From an uncultured virus (IMG/VR IMGVR_UViG_3300025732_000031) (Duplodnaviria; Heunggongvirae; Uroviricota; Caudoviricetes): DNA of 64,000 nt. The notes beneath the pieces were generated by a model. The model was not told the origin of the DNA. It was given only the letters and a program-made list of their open reading frames with translations, and did not search any database. The position numbers and the translations under genes are program-made. The stretch is taken from IMG/VR virus record IMGVR_UViG_3300025732_000031; one strand, 5' to 3'. Positions 1 to 9,582 of this stretch are shown piece by piece. How positions within the stretch are numbered: the stretch's first letter is position 1; each line of letters begins with the position of its first letter.

Positions 1-18
1 CTTTATTCATATATCACC

Positions 19-1197
19 TTAAGTTGGAGTGTTTGGCCCGATTATTTGCGGAGAAGAAAGAGGAAACGGAGAAACAAAATAACTTGTGCCTTTTATTGCT
101 GTACCACTGGCTCCACCTGCACCAAAACTAGCGTTCGTACGTGGTACATTATTAAAAGGAAAAGTTGGGCTTGGAGAACCTGGATTAGGACTTGCAATTG
201 AAGGAGCAGCTCCCGAAGTTCCATTAGTTCCCGCATTACCAACAGCTCCTCCAGCTCCTCCAGCTCCTCCAACTGCAGTTACTCCAAAAGGATAATCACT
301 TATTGCAGTAGTACTAAAAGGAGCTCCTCCGGCCCCGTATGAAGAAGATGGAGCAGGTGAACCTACAGCACCATCTCCTTTTTCATTTACAAAGCTGGGA
401 TCTGGAGGAGCAGCAGTCGCAGTGGCTGCTCCTCCAGATCCTGCTGGTGCTGGCGAATAAGCACTGCCGGCGCCGCCGCCACCACCACTACCTCCACGCA
501 CAGCACCAGCAACATAGCCTCCAATATTACCTGGTATGCCAGGTAATTGCGCAACACTGCCGCCGCCTCCACCGCCTCCACCCCCACCAGATTTAATAGA
601 ACCAGTTGGAGGAACAGTAACATTCACTGGGTATCCTAACACTAAAGCATTTCCTCCTCTACCTCCTTGAGCTCCATTACTGGCGGATTGATTGAAAGAT
701 ACAGCAGGTTTGCCTGGAGGAATAGGTGCAATATAATATGTCGATGAAGCATCTCCTCCAGCTCCTCCGGTTCCTCCTTTTCCTACAATAGAACCGGCTA
801 GTGTTAAATTGATAACACTAGCCGGTGGAAAAGATTTACTTGGATTTGTTGAAGGTGCAGGAGCTATCCTTAATGCGTATCCAGGGCTACCTGCCACAGT
901 AGAATAAACTTCTATTCCTGGATTTATAGTTATAGAGGCTTCAATATCGTCTGTTCCATTCCATGCTGTTGGTGCAGGCATAGACATAATATCATTCATT
1001 AAGTCATAATCGCTAGCCGGAGAAGAAAAAGTTTTATTAAAAATATAAGCATTAGTATGCACTTGTCTCCAATTAGCCCCATCATAAACCCATGAATATT
1101 TGACTAGTCGCCAAGCAGTAGACCCAGAATCATATACGTATACTTTTTTTATAGGTCTCCAAGCCGCGCCATCATATATATGAGTTTTATTTGCCAT
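19..1197 (-). CDS. Gly/Pro-rich tail fibre tip adhesin (T-even gp38-like)
   Basis: N-terminal repeated YDG..WR motifs, then poly-Gly runs (GKGGTGGAGG, GGRGGNAL, SGGGGGGGGG, GAGGASGTAI) typical of gp38-type polyglycine adhesins; lies downstream of the fibre genes. Confidence 0.65.
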   Translation of the reverse strand: MANKTHIYDGAAWRPIKKVYVYDSGSTAWRLVKYSWVYDGANWRQVHTNAYIFNKTFSSPASDYDLMNDIMSMPAPTAWNGTDDIEASITINPGIEVYSTVAGSPGYALRIAPAPSTNPSKSFPPASVINLTLAGSIVGKGGTGGAGGDASSTYYIAPIPPGKPAVSFNQSASNGAQGGRGGNALVLGYPVNVTVPPTGSIKSGGGGGGGGGGSVAQLPGIPGNIGGYVAGAVRGGSGGGGGAGSAYSPAPAGSGGAATATAAPPDPSFVNEKGDGAVGSPAPSSSYGAGGAPFSTTAISDYPFGVTAVGGAGGAGGAVGNAGTNGTSGAAPSIASPNPGSPSPTFPFNNVPRTNASFGAGGASGTAIKGTSYFVSPFPLSSPQIIGPNTPT

Positions 1198-1203
1198 ATG
1201 TAT

Positions 1204-2349
1204 TTACTTAAAATAAGGTCCTAACAACCAACAAACGACTGAGTGTCTAATTCCAGAAATAATATCTTCCACGCCATGCAAAACAAAAGAAGGAAATACT
1301 ATAATTGTACCTTTGCTTTGTTGTGGATATATTTTTTGATCTCCTACTTGTAAAAACAACTTACCTCCTTCAAAATCATCATTCAAAAAAGCTAATACAG
1401 TTAACTTTCTACAATCGTTATGAGGAGATCCTAAAAATGTATCAATATGAGATTTATATCTTCCTTCTTTTTCATATTTTAAATATTCCACTTGATAACA
1501 ATTATTTATATCAAATCTCCAAGCTTGCTGATTAGCTACAAAACCAGAACCAATCATATGTACACCTATCCCTTTATGAATAGGAAGCATAGTTTTTTCT
1601 ACATTACGAATATTCAAGTTTAAATCACCATTATCATGACCTCCAATCAATCCTTTCTCTAAATTATAATTGGAGTACTTTCCTATAACTGAATTACAAA
1701 AATCTTCACTTAGTACATTTTCAAAAAACCAATAATTTATTGGTTCAAAATCTTGTTGTTTTTTATGTATTTTTTTAGTTTCTGCTGGTGTTCCAAGCCG
1801 ATCTCTTCTATCGTACTTTTCATCTTTATATGGTCCATTAGCGTCTACATAATGAAAGAATACTTGGCATTGCCATTCTCCTTCAAACGGTTCTCTCCAA
1901 TGATATATCTCTGTTCCTTTATAAAGAACGGCGTCTCCTATATCTAACAACAAAGGATTACTATTATCTATTTCATTTTTTAAATTAAAATAAATTGGCC
2001 ATGTCTTATCACTTATTCCTAAAGTAACAGTGGCACTTATTTCACATGCTGGTCTATCGGAGTGTATCTCTAATTCTTCTCCTTTTCTATAAATTCTAGC
2101 ATAACTATAAGTAGGAATAAGAGTTTTACCAGAAACATCAGAAAATATTTCTATCAATTGCTCCATCATATTGTCAAAAAACGCATCTCCATAGATTGCG
2201 TCAGACACAGGACACTGTTCATCTTTTGTAGTTTTAGACTCATTATATAGCTTAAAAAGACGATCACATGCTTCTTTACACTGTTCATTTGATAGAACTT
2301 CTTTAAGCATTACATATTTTTTTTCATTAAAATCATCAACAATATTCAT
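1204..2349 (-). CDS. Tandem two-domain 2OG-Fe(II) oxygenase (prolyl-4-hydroxylase-like)
   Basis: Two HxD...H facial triads: HSDRPACEIS...HWRE and HIDT...RKLTVLAFLNDDFEGG...FPSFVLHGV...R. Confidence 0.85.
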   Translation of the reverse strand: MNIVDDFNEKKYVMLKEVLSNEQCKEACDRLFKLYNESKTTKDEQCPVSDAIYGDAFFDNMMEQLIEIFSDVSGKTLIPTYSYARIYRKGEELEIHSDRPACEISATVTLGISDKTWPIYFNLKNEIDNSNPLLLDIGDAVLYKGTEIYHWREPFEGEWQCQVFFHYVDANGPYKDEKYDRRDRLGTPAETKKIHKKQQDFEPINYWFFENVLSEDFCNSVIGKYSNYNLEKGLIGGHDNGDLNLNIRNVEKTMLPIHKGIGVHMIGSGFVANQQAWRFDINNCYQVEYLKYEKEGRYKSHIDTFLGSPHNDCRKLTVLAFLNDDFEGGKLFLQVGDQKIYPQQSKGTIIVFPSFVLHGVEDIISGIRHSVVCWLLGPYFK

Positions 2350-2363
2350 ATTATTTCCTCATA

Positions 2364-4580
2364 TCAATATATGTATACAATATCTCCATTTTGAGGACTT
2401 GCATTTACATCTTGTGGACCATTAGGTGTAGAACTATTAGCAACAAGAGTTCTTTTCCCCTGTGCATTCGTGTTGCCTGTTATAGATGAAGTTGATTCTA
2501 TTTGTAAAGTAGTATTAACTGAGATAATGGTGTTATTTACGCGCATTCTCTCAACACCGTTAGTAGTAATACCAAGAGTATCTGCTGCTGGTCTATATAT
2601 GCCTAAATTGGTATCATTATTCCACGAATAACCAGGAACAGTTACTGAATCACTTTCATTAGTTCTTATAGCTTCAGGAATTATCTGCGTGTTGATTGAA
2701 GAATTGCCAACCGAAATAGAGTTGTTAGTAACACTAAACCCATTAGTTGTAGCACTTATTGAACCTATAGCTATGCTTGCAGCAGTGTTAACTGTAATGC
2801 TACCACTGAAATTACCCGTGTTAGCATTTAAGGCCCATCTCTGAGTTGAACTTCCTAACGCAGTACCTACAGTATTAGACAATGGATATACACCAGCTCC
2901 TGCAGCTGTAGATCTAATAAGCACACCATTTGTTGGTCCTATTTCAACATTTGAGGTGGTATTTCCGATAGTGATTGCCGTGTTAGTAACAGTCACACCA
3001 TTTGCAACAGCTACTCCGCCGCCTACAGTGACTGTTCCAGTCACAGCTGCTGTGTTGGATAAAGTTACAGCTCCAGTTACTGCTAACGTATTAGATAGAG
3101 TAGTAGCACCAGTAACACTTAATGTATTAGATAGTATAGCTGCTCCAATAATATTTGCAGCACCATCTACCTTTAGTTTTGTATCAGGTGTTGTTGTGCC
3201 TATTCCTACACGTGAGTTAATTGCATCTATGTACAATCCATTGAAGCTTACGTTACCAGACACGTAATGTGTGTTGGCGCTTGTAATCATCACATTACCA
3301 GAAGAAACTGTAAACCCATTAGATGCTGTTAATAATCCTCTAACACCTAAAGTACTTAAAGCATTAGCTGCACCGCCTATACCAAAAGTACTTAAAGCAT
3401 TAGCGGCTCCAGTAATCCCTAAAGTACTTAAAGCATTAGCTCCACCAGTGATCCCTAAAGTACTTAGAACATTAGCTGCACCAGTAACGTTTAAAGTACC
3501 ACCAATATTAGCAAATCCAGTATGCGTAATACCTACTGAATTGACTGTAATAAAGCCACTAATGTTGAGAGTCGTAGAAGTTAAATTAGCAGTGTTTCCT
3601 ATAGATAAAAGATTTGCATTTAATATGGTATTAGATACGCTGTTAATGATGCGTATTTGACTAGGTGAAATACTAGAATTTATAGAACTATTACCAGTTG
3701 CAATCGATGTATTAGTAAGTGTAGTACCGTTAGTGGTTGCAACACCTCCACCAACGTTTAAATTAGCTGAAGCATTGGTCGTGCCTGTAACTGTCAAACC
3801 GGCGGCTGCTGTTAGTAGCCCATTAACACCAAAAGTACTTAAAGCATTAGCGGCTCCAGTAATCCCTAAAGTACTTAGGGCATTAGCTCCACCAGTGATT
3901 CCTAAAGTACTTAAAGCATTAGCGGCTCCAGTGATTCCTAAAGTACTTAAAGCATTAGCGGCTCCAGTAATTCCTAAAGTACTTAAAGCATTAGCTGCAC
4001 CAGCTACGCGTAAAGTACCACCAACATTAGCGCTACCTGCTACGTTTGCAAATCCAGTATGAGTGATACCAACTGTGTTTACGACTGCAGCCGTTCCAAC
4101 GTTAGCTGATGTAGTTACGTAAAGAGTTGCAGTGTTTGTTTGATTTACTACATTAAGAGCTTGAAGATTAGCTAACGTGCTATTGACTGTAACTGAACCA
4201 ATAGTTAATGTAGTGGAAAGATTTAAACTGTTGCCATTCATAACCCAACGGTTAGTAGAGTTACCAAATGCCAAAGTATTTCCTATTGGTGTTAAAGATG
4301 TATATACTACAACATTATTAAAAAACCCATCAAATCTATTTGTAGTATTACCTAAATCTAAACCGTTTACACCAGCTAAAATATCTCCTGTGTAACTCTG
4401 TCCAGCAACAATTTGTGTTGCACCAGTTACTAATAAATCGCCATTAATTAATACTAACTCACCATCAACGGTTAAGTTTGCTCGCGATGAAGTGTTTCCA
4501 ATAAAAACTTGTTCAGAAAATTGTGCGTTACCACCCGTAACTAATAGACCATTCTCTGTTTTAAATCTAGTGTTAGCCAT
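2364..4580 (-). CDS. Tail fibre protein with 12-aa tandem repeats
   Basis: Thr/Asn/Gly/Ser-rich beta repeats, NSRVGIGTTTP motif, C-terminal PGYSW..DTNLGIYRPAADTLGITTNGVERMR motif common in phage fibres. Confidence 0.75.
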   Translation of the reverse strand: MANTRFKTENGLLVTGGNAQFSEQVFIGNTSSRANLTVDGELVLINGDLLVTGATQIVAGQSYTGDILAGVNGLDLGNTTNRFDGFFNNVVVYTSLTPIGNTLAFGNSTNRWVMNGNSLNLSTTLTIGSVTVNSTLANLQALNVVNQTNTATLYVTTSANVGTAAVVNTVGITHTGFANVAGSANVGGTLRVAGAANALSTLGITGAANALSTLGITGAANALSTLGITGGANALSTLGITGAANALSTFGVNGLLTAAAGLTVTGTTNASANLNVGGGVATTNGTTLTNTSIATGNSSINSSISPSQIRIINSVSNTILNANLLSIGNTANLTSTTLNISGFITVNSVGITHTGFANIGGTLNVTGAANVLSTLGITGGANALSTLGITGAANALSTFGIGGAANALSTLGVRGLLTASNGFTVSSGNVMITSANTHYVSGNVSFNGLYIDAINSRVGIGTTTPDTKLKVDGAANIIGAAILSNTLSVTGATTLSNTLAVTGAVTLSNTAAVTGTVTVGGGVAVANGVTVTNTAITIGNTTSNVEIGPTNGVLIRSTAAGAGVYPLSNTVGTALGSSTQRWALNANTGNFSGSITVNTAASIAIGSISATTNGFSVTNNSISVGNSSINTQIIPEAIRTNESDSVTVPGYSWNNDTNLGIYRPAADTLGITTNGVERMRVNNTIISVNTTLQIESTSSITGNTNAQGKRTLVANSSTPNGPQDVNASPQNGDIVYIY
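3345..3490. repeat. 36-bp tandem repeat block A (about 4 copies, encodes ANALSTLGITGA)
   Basis: cc(t/a)aaagtacttaaagcattagc(g/t)... recurs every 36 nt. Confidence 0.9.
3829..4008. repeat. 36-bp tandem repeat block B (5 copies, encodes ANALSTLGITGA)
   Basis: Near-identical units cctaaagtacttaaagcattagcggctccagt(a/g)at(c/t) with 36-nt period. Confidence 0.9.
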
Positions 4581-4589
4581 ATGTTCCTA

Positions 4590-5801
4590 CTAAGCTTTGA
4601 TTAAGGTGGCGACTATCTTTGATGCTGAAGTTATTGAATTTTGTTTAAACTTTAATTGAACATCCGACCCGCTTATAGCAACACTAAAATCACCAGGATC
4701 AGCAGTTATAGGAGAAACAACAGTTGCATACACAGTTATGTATGGATCAGTGCTATCATGTGCTAATACCATTTCGGCAGCTAAAGTATTACCACTCAAT
4801 GTTTTTATTTGAGCAGTAATTTTTGCTGTAGAATACACTGTCTTATCAAATGTAAACACGGTTAAAGGATTAGTTATATCTGATCCTAAGTTACTATTTG
4901 CAAATGATGTTAATATGAATGCACTTGCATTTATTGTGTTTGAAAATGTAGCAGTGCCTGTAACAGCTAGAGTGTTTGCAAACGTAACGTTGCCAGTTAC
5001 AAGTAATGTATTACCAAAAGTCACATTGCTTGTAATATTAGCATTTCCATTTACATTTAAATTAGCACTAGGAGTAGTAGTACCTATTCCTACACGATTA
5101 TTAACCGAGTCAACAAAAAGTGTAGAAGTGTCAAATGCAACATTTCCTCCAATAGTATGAACTGTTCCAGTAACATCTAGATTAGCAGTGATTTGAGTTA
5201 GATTTCCACTAAGTACTACATTTGATGTTGTTCCATTTCCTCTAACATTAATTAATGTTATACTGCTATTTGCTTTAATACTAGTGTTACCAGTAAATAT
5301 TGAAATACTATTTACACTAGTATTAGTTGTTCTTACGAATATGTCTGTTCCATTGACGATGGTGTTTGTTACTGAAGAGTTGCCCAAAACATTTATAGCA
5401 ACTACTGAAGTGTTTCCTTTGACCGAAGTGTTGCCCGTAAGAGTTATGATTTGGCCATTTACTTGTGTATTAGCGTTATCAATCCAAACGTTTGCTTGGC
5501 AATTAGCAAAGGAAGCATTTGAGGTAGAGTTACCACCAATAAATGTATTTGATGTGATCGTTAGTAACGCTGAAGCGCCTACGTTTCCACCGCGTAGTTC
5601 ATTTGTAGCGACTAGAGTATTAGCACCAAAACTACCTAGAAGTTGTGCTTTTCTAGGCTCAGCAATAGTCCCTGTGTTTGCAGTTGCAACATTTGCCGTT
5701 ATTATTTCTGTTGATAAAGCAAGCAAAAGATCATTAGTTTTATTAACCCATAATTCAAAAGTATCGGCTGATACATCTATTTGTGTTACAGTTCTCGACA
5801 T
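4590..5801 (-). CDS. Tail fibre / virion structural protein
   Basis: N-terminal DTFELWVNKTN motif seen at the start of T4-like fibre proteins; FVDSVNNRVGIGTTTP; Asn/Thr-rich beta repeats. Confidence 0.7.
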   Translation of the reverse strand: MSRTVTQIDVSADTFELWVNKTNDLLLALSTEIITANVATANTGTIAEPRKAQLLGSFGANTLVATNELRGGNVGASALLTITSNTFIGGNSTSNASFANCQANVWIDNANTQVNGQIITLTGNTSVKGNTSVVAINVLGNSSVTNTIVNGTDIFVRTTNTSVNSISIFTGNTSIKANSSITLINVRGNGTTSNVVLSGNLTQITANLDVTGTVHTIGGNVAFDTSTLFVDSVNNRVGIGTTTPSANLNVNGNANITSNVTFGNTLLVTGNVTFANTLAVTGTATFSNTINASAFILTSFANSNLGSDITNPLTVFTFDKTVYSTAKITAQIKTLSGNTLAAEMVLAHDSTDPYITVYATVVSPITADPGDFSVAISGSDVQLKFKQNSITSASKIVATLIKA

Positions 5802-6013
5802 TATTTGCTACCGTTAACTAGTTGAATTATGAGTTGTTTTAGATCAGTAAATTCATTTTTTAAAGCATCTATTTGCTGTTGGACAGTTTGTATTTGTCTA
5901 GATTGTTTTCGTTTTTCTAAAACATGATGATATTCAGATATATTGGTATTTATAATAGCTTTAGTATTCATATCACGAACAAGACCAGTTTTTTCAGTTT
6001 TAACAAATGACAT
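5801..6013 (-). CDS. Small conserved T4-like protein with C-terminal coiled coil
   Basis: LVRD..TKAIIN motif; sits directly after the DUF4815-like gene, coupled by stop/start overlap. Confidence 0.6.
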   Translation of the reverse strand: MSFVKTEKTGLVRDMNTKAIINTNISEYHHVLEKRKQSRQIQTVQQQIDALKNEFTDLKQLIIQLVNGSK

Positions 6014-9000
6014 TATGCCGAAACTCCTATTGCTCTAATATCATTAACTCTAGGAACTATATAAGAACTATTAGATAGCAACACGATCTTTACTGCAAAT
6101 GTATCATACGTTGTAAATTCATTTAAACTCGTACTATAATATGTTGCAACGTTATCGTTTTGTATGTCATTAAACACCATGTATGGCTTATCAGCTTTTC
6201 CTATTTTTAAAGTTGCTGCTTCTAAGCTTACGTTAGCAAAAGCTTTATTAATTTCAAAAGAAGTTGAGACTGGTGTATTTGCTACTACAGCAACACCATA
6301 CGTAGTATTTGGAAATAGTTCATCATAAAGAACTATTACATCGCCGTTAGCTAGTTCCGTGTTAAATGTTGTTCCTACACCTGTTACAGTAGTGTTTCCA
6401 GCAGCAGAATACACGAACGCATCTCCAGTGATCGTCGTTGTGTAATCAGGCCATCCTTTGAAACCATAAGTCAATTCGATGTAATCTTTTTTATTTGCTT
6501 TTGAACTAAATAATCTTCCACCAAATGTAGCATCGGTTATTTCAAGTTCAGTCCAAGTCTTATCATCAAATGCATCTTCATCTTTTGAATTATGTACTTT
6601 TGCGTATAATTTTATATCTGTGCCAGGTGGTCTATATGCAGTTATTATAACTCGAATATCTTCTGCAAACCTATCCTTATCGAAAGTAATTTTTTTGGTA
6701 ATATGTCGAGCAGTTGCATTACCAAAGTTAGTATGTTCATCGGTTGCATCATTATTAATTTCATTATTAAACGCAAAGATAGAAGTCAATTCTTCATGTA
6801 ATTCTGGTGAATCATACTTATTATCTGCGGATAGTGTAAACTTAATTAATGAACTCTTACCTTCAGACGTACTTCTTACAAGTTTTTCACGATTCAAAAC
6901 TTCTAAAGACTTGGACATAACTATGCCATCAAATGTGGTGATGTCAGTTGACTGCCCAGAAACTACAGGAGTAAAATTGCTGTCTGATAAATCAAAAGTA
7001 TTCGCTGTAGTATCTAAATAAGCAAAATTGATATTCGTATTTGTTACTGTGCCACCTTTCAAATTAAAATCAAGATTTGGTATGAAGTTATTGATTGGGA
7101 AAGACGTTACATTAACTATATCTGCTTTAGATCCATAAAATTCAGCAACAATTTGACCACCAATACTTACGTTTATACTAGCGCCGGTGCCAGATCCACC
7201 TGCAACTCTGTTCTGAGTATAAATCGTTGATGTTGGGGTGGTTGTAAATCCATGTCCGGTATTAACAATGTTTATTGACGCGATAGTGCCATTAGCAAAA
7301 GTTGTGATGTCTGCTCTACCATTTCTTCTAGAATTTGCACCAGAAAATACAATGTAATCAGTATTTTGATAACCAGTTCCACCACTAAAAGTTATATAAT
7401 TCACAGCGTTTGATACGAAATACTTATCTTCATCTGCATTAGATTCAATAAGAACTAACGTGTCTGGATTACTGAAAGCAGTTTCCATCTTAGCTGCAAC
7501 AGGAACTTTATATCTTGCATTTAAAGAAGTAAATGTGCAAGGCGCATCTAAAATCAATAGCGTATTATTTACTACTCGTTGAACTGTACGCACACATGTA
7601 TTGGCTACGTACCCAAGAACGTCAGAAGCAATGTCATCTGTAATGACTATTACAGAACCAAAATCTAAATCACGTGTAAAATTGGTTCCGTCTCCATACA
7701 CAATCAAGCTTGATGGAAATCTTCTTAAACCAGTAATCGCTACTAATTTTTCATCTTCGGGATACAAACCACGCGTCCCAAGAGCAGGAAGATTTATAGT
7801 TAATGTTCCTGGCTTATAGTAAAACACATTTGCTGCAGAATTGCCAAAATCTTGATAAATGTATTGGCGAGTGCCAAAAGCTTCAAAGATATTGACATAT
7901 CCAAACATCTTGCTATATGAATTTTCAATCTGTAAAAATTCGTAATCATCATTGACTAGCTCTATGCTAGCTTTTTGTAAATTTCCATTTGCATCTGTAA
8001 ATTCTAATGCTAAAATATCAAATTTTAAATCAGTTGCTGGAATAGCCTTCAACACATCATCTTGCGTTTTAGGATCATTGTCTATTTCTAAATAGTTTGA
8101 TGCTCTAAACAACTTGCCAAAATTATATGCGCTGTCACATATAGATTCAGAATCTATAAGTTTTCTTCCTTGTGTTGCTGTCCATAGTGAATATTGAGGA
8201 TCTTCAAAATTAATAACGATTGCATACGATTTGCCAGTTTTCAATGGCATCGGTGATCTAAAAAGAAATTGAGTAAAATCTATAGCATTTAATGAAGCAT
8301 TAATTTCATCATAATTTCTTCTTACAATAGATTCTTTTAAAGCTCTTCGTAAGTTTGGAATATCATTTTCAACTTCACATATGAATATATAAACACCAGG
8401 ATTGACGATACCTGATTGATTATTTTTTGGATGCGGCTTAGACTTAAAGTATAAATTTACACCAGTCAATGACACGAATTGACTGCCGTCTAATTGAGCT
8501 GGATCTAAATAAAACGTTTGTGCGTAATCGAAATATAATGAAACTTCAGATAAAGGTGTTTGTCCGCCAGTTCCAAATTCTTTTCGTGTTCGAAGAACAC
8601 CTAAATCACGTGAAGTCGTTACTGTATTAGAAGATAATGTTGTCTGTGTAACAGTATTTGCTGGAACTTCTGGCTTAGTAGTGTCCCAACCAACCGGAGG
8701 ATCTGGTGGACCTAAAGGAACAGGATTTATTGGGTTAGGATCTACAAAGTTAGATTCTCGTAAATGAACGTTCATAGATGTAATTGTTGGTGCAGAAGGA
8801 ACTGCCACAGCTGCAAATTTTATGTATACGACTGGAGGTTTCTGATAAGTTAATCCTAATTGATTAAACACGTATTGCGTTGCGCCCGCTGCACTGCCGA
8901 CGCCATATGCATTACCAAATCTATTGAAATTTCCTGTAAAGAAAAGTTTTCCTTCAGTTGTTTCCCAAACACCGCAAACTAAATTTTTAGTACCTTTATC

Positions 9001-9567
9001 GAAAAGTTGATATATGCTTTTTAATGAATATCTTTTTCCTTGTGCGCCACTAACGGTATTAAAATAGGTGAGCGAATATACTTGCCCTGAAATGTTAAAT
9101 TCATACTCAGTAAATGTGAATTGTACATTAGTAGTCGATAACTCTAAATCAAACTTAGTTCTCAGTAAGTCTAAGCTTACTGTAGTACCACCGCCACTTG
9201 ATGTAGTAACGCTTCCTTTTCCACCATCTCTAATCCAAACACTTCCATCAAATTCAAAATTGATTGTACCAGAATTACTTGACTTTAAAGGAAGATTAGC
9301 TTGAGTAATATAAATTCCGTTATTAACTAAACCAGACGCTTGTAAATCTATATTTGTCGGAAGTTCAATATTCTTAACTCGCTTTAAAGTTTTAGAATAG
9401 CTGTTATCATCAGTAGGTCTTTGAACTGCACAATGATTTGACACTACAGATTCACATATAACATCATAATACGTATTTGCTTTTAAGCCAGTAGCGCTAA
9501 AAGTAAAAACTCTTTGAAAATCTGTTACTGTAGTTTTTACACCACCAAAATTAGTTTCGAATGACAT
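6013..9567 (-). CDS. Large baseplate-associated protein, C-terminal part of a DUF4815/VrlC-like family
   Basis: AQTFY...LTGVNLYFKSKP, G.LFRASN, DLKF, ARHITKKI, C-terminal FAVKIVL...VPRVNDIRAIGVSA. Confidence 0.65.
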   Translation of the reverse strand: MSFETNFGGVKTTVTDFQRVFTFSATGLKANTYYDVICESVVSNHCAVQRPTDDNSYSKTLKRVKNIELPTNIDLQASGLVNNGIYITQANLPLKSSNSGTINFEFDGSVWIRDGGKGSVTTSSGGGTTVSLDLLRTKFDLELSTTNVQFTFTEYEFNISGQVYSLTYFNTVSGAQGKRYSLKSIYQLFDKGTKNLVCGVWETTEGKLFFTGNFNRFGNAYGVGSAAGATQYVFNQLGLTYQKPPVVYIKFAAVAVPSAPTITSMNVHLRESNFVDPNPINPVPLGPPDPPVGWDTTKPEVPANTVTQTTLSSNTVTTSRDLGVLRTRKEFGTGGQTPLSEVSLYFDYAQTFYLDPAQLDGSQFVSLTGVNLYFKSKPHPKNNQSGIVNPGVYIFICEVENDIPNLRRALKESIVRRNYDEINASLNAIDFTQFLFRSPMPLKTGKSYAIVINFEDPQYSLWTATQGRKLIDSESICDSAYNFGKLFRASNYLEIDNDPKTQDDVLKAIPATDLKFDILALEFTDANGNLQKASIELVNDDYEFLQIENSYSKMFGYVNIFEAFGTRQYIYQDFGNSAANVFYYKPGTLTINLPALGTRGLYPEDEKLVAITGLRRFPSSLIVYGDGTNFTRDLDFGSVIVITDDIASDVLGYVANTCVRTVQRVVNNTLLILDAPCTFTSLNARYKVPVAAKMETAFSNPDTLVLIESNADEDKYFVSNAVNYITFSGGTGYQNTDYIVFSGANSRRNGRADITTFANGTIASINIVNTGHGFTTTPTSTIYTQNRVAGGSGTGASINVSIGGQIVAEFYGSKADIVNVTSFPINNFIPNLDFNLKGGTVTNTNINFAYLDTTANTFDLSDSNFTPVVSGQSTDITTFDGIVMSKSLEVLNREKLVRSTSEGKSSLIKFTLSADNKYDSPELHEELTSIFAFNNEINNDATDEHTNFGNATARHITKKITFDKDRFAEDIRVIITAYRPPGTDIKLYAKVHNSKDEDAFDDKTWTELEITDATFGGRLFSSKANKKDYIELTYGFKGWPDYTTTITGDAFVYSAAGNTTVTGVGTTFNTELANGDVIVLYDELFPNTTYGVAVVANTPVSTSFEINKAFANVSLEAATLKIGKADKPYMVFNDIQNDNVATYYSTSLNEFTTYDTFAVKIVLLSNSSYIVPRVNDIRAIGVSA

Positions 9568-9582
9568 TGCGCAATTCCTATT

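Noticed and set aside
3345..4008. 36-bp repeats as a CRISPR array
   Set aside because: The units are head-to-tail with no unique spacers, lie in frame within a fibre gene, and there is no cas operon.
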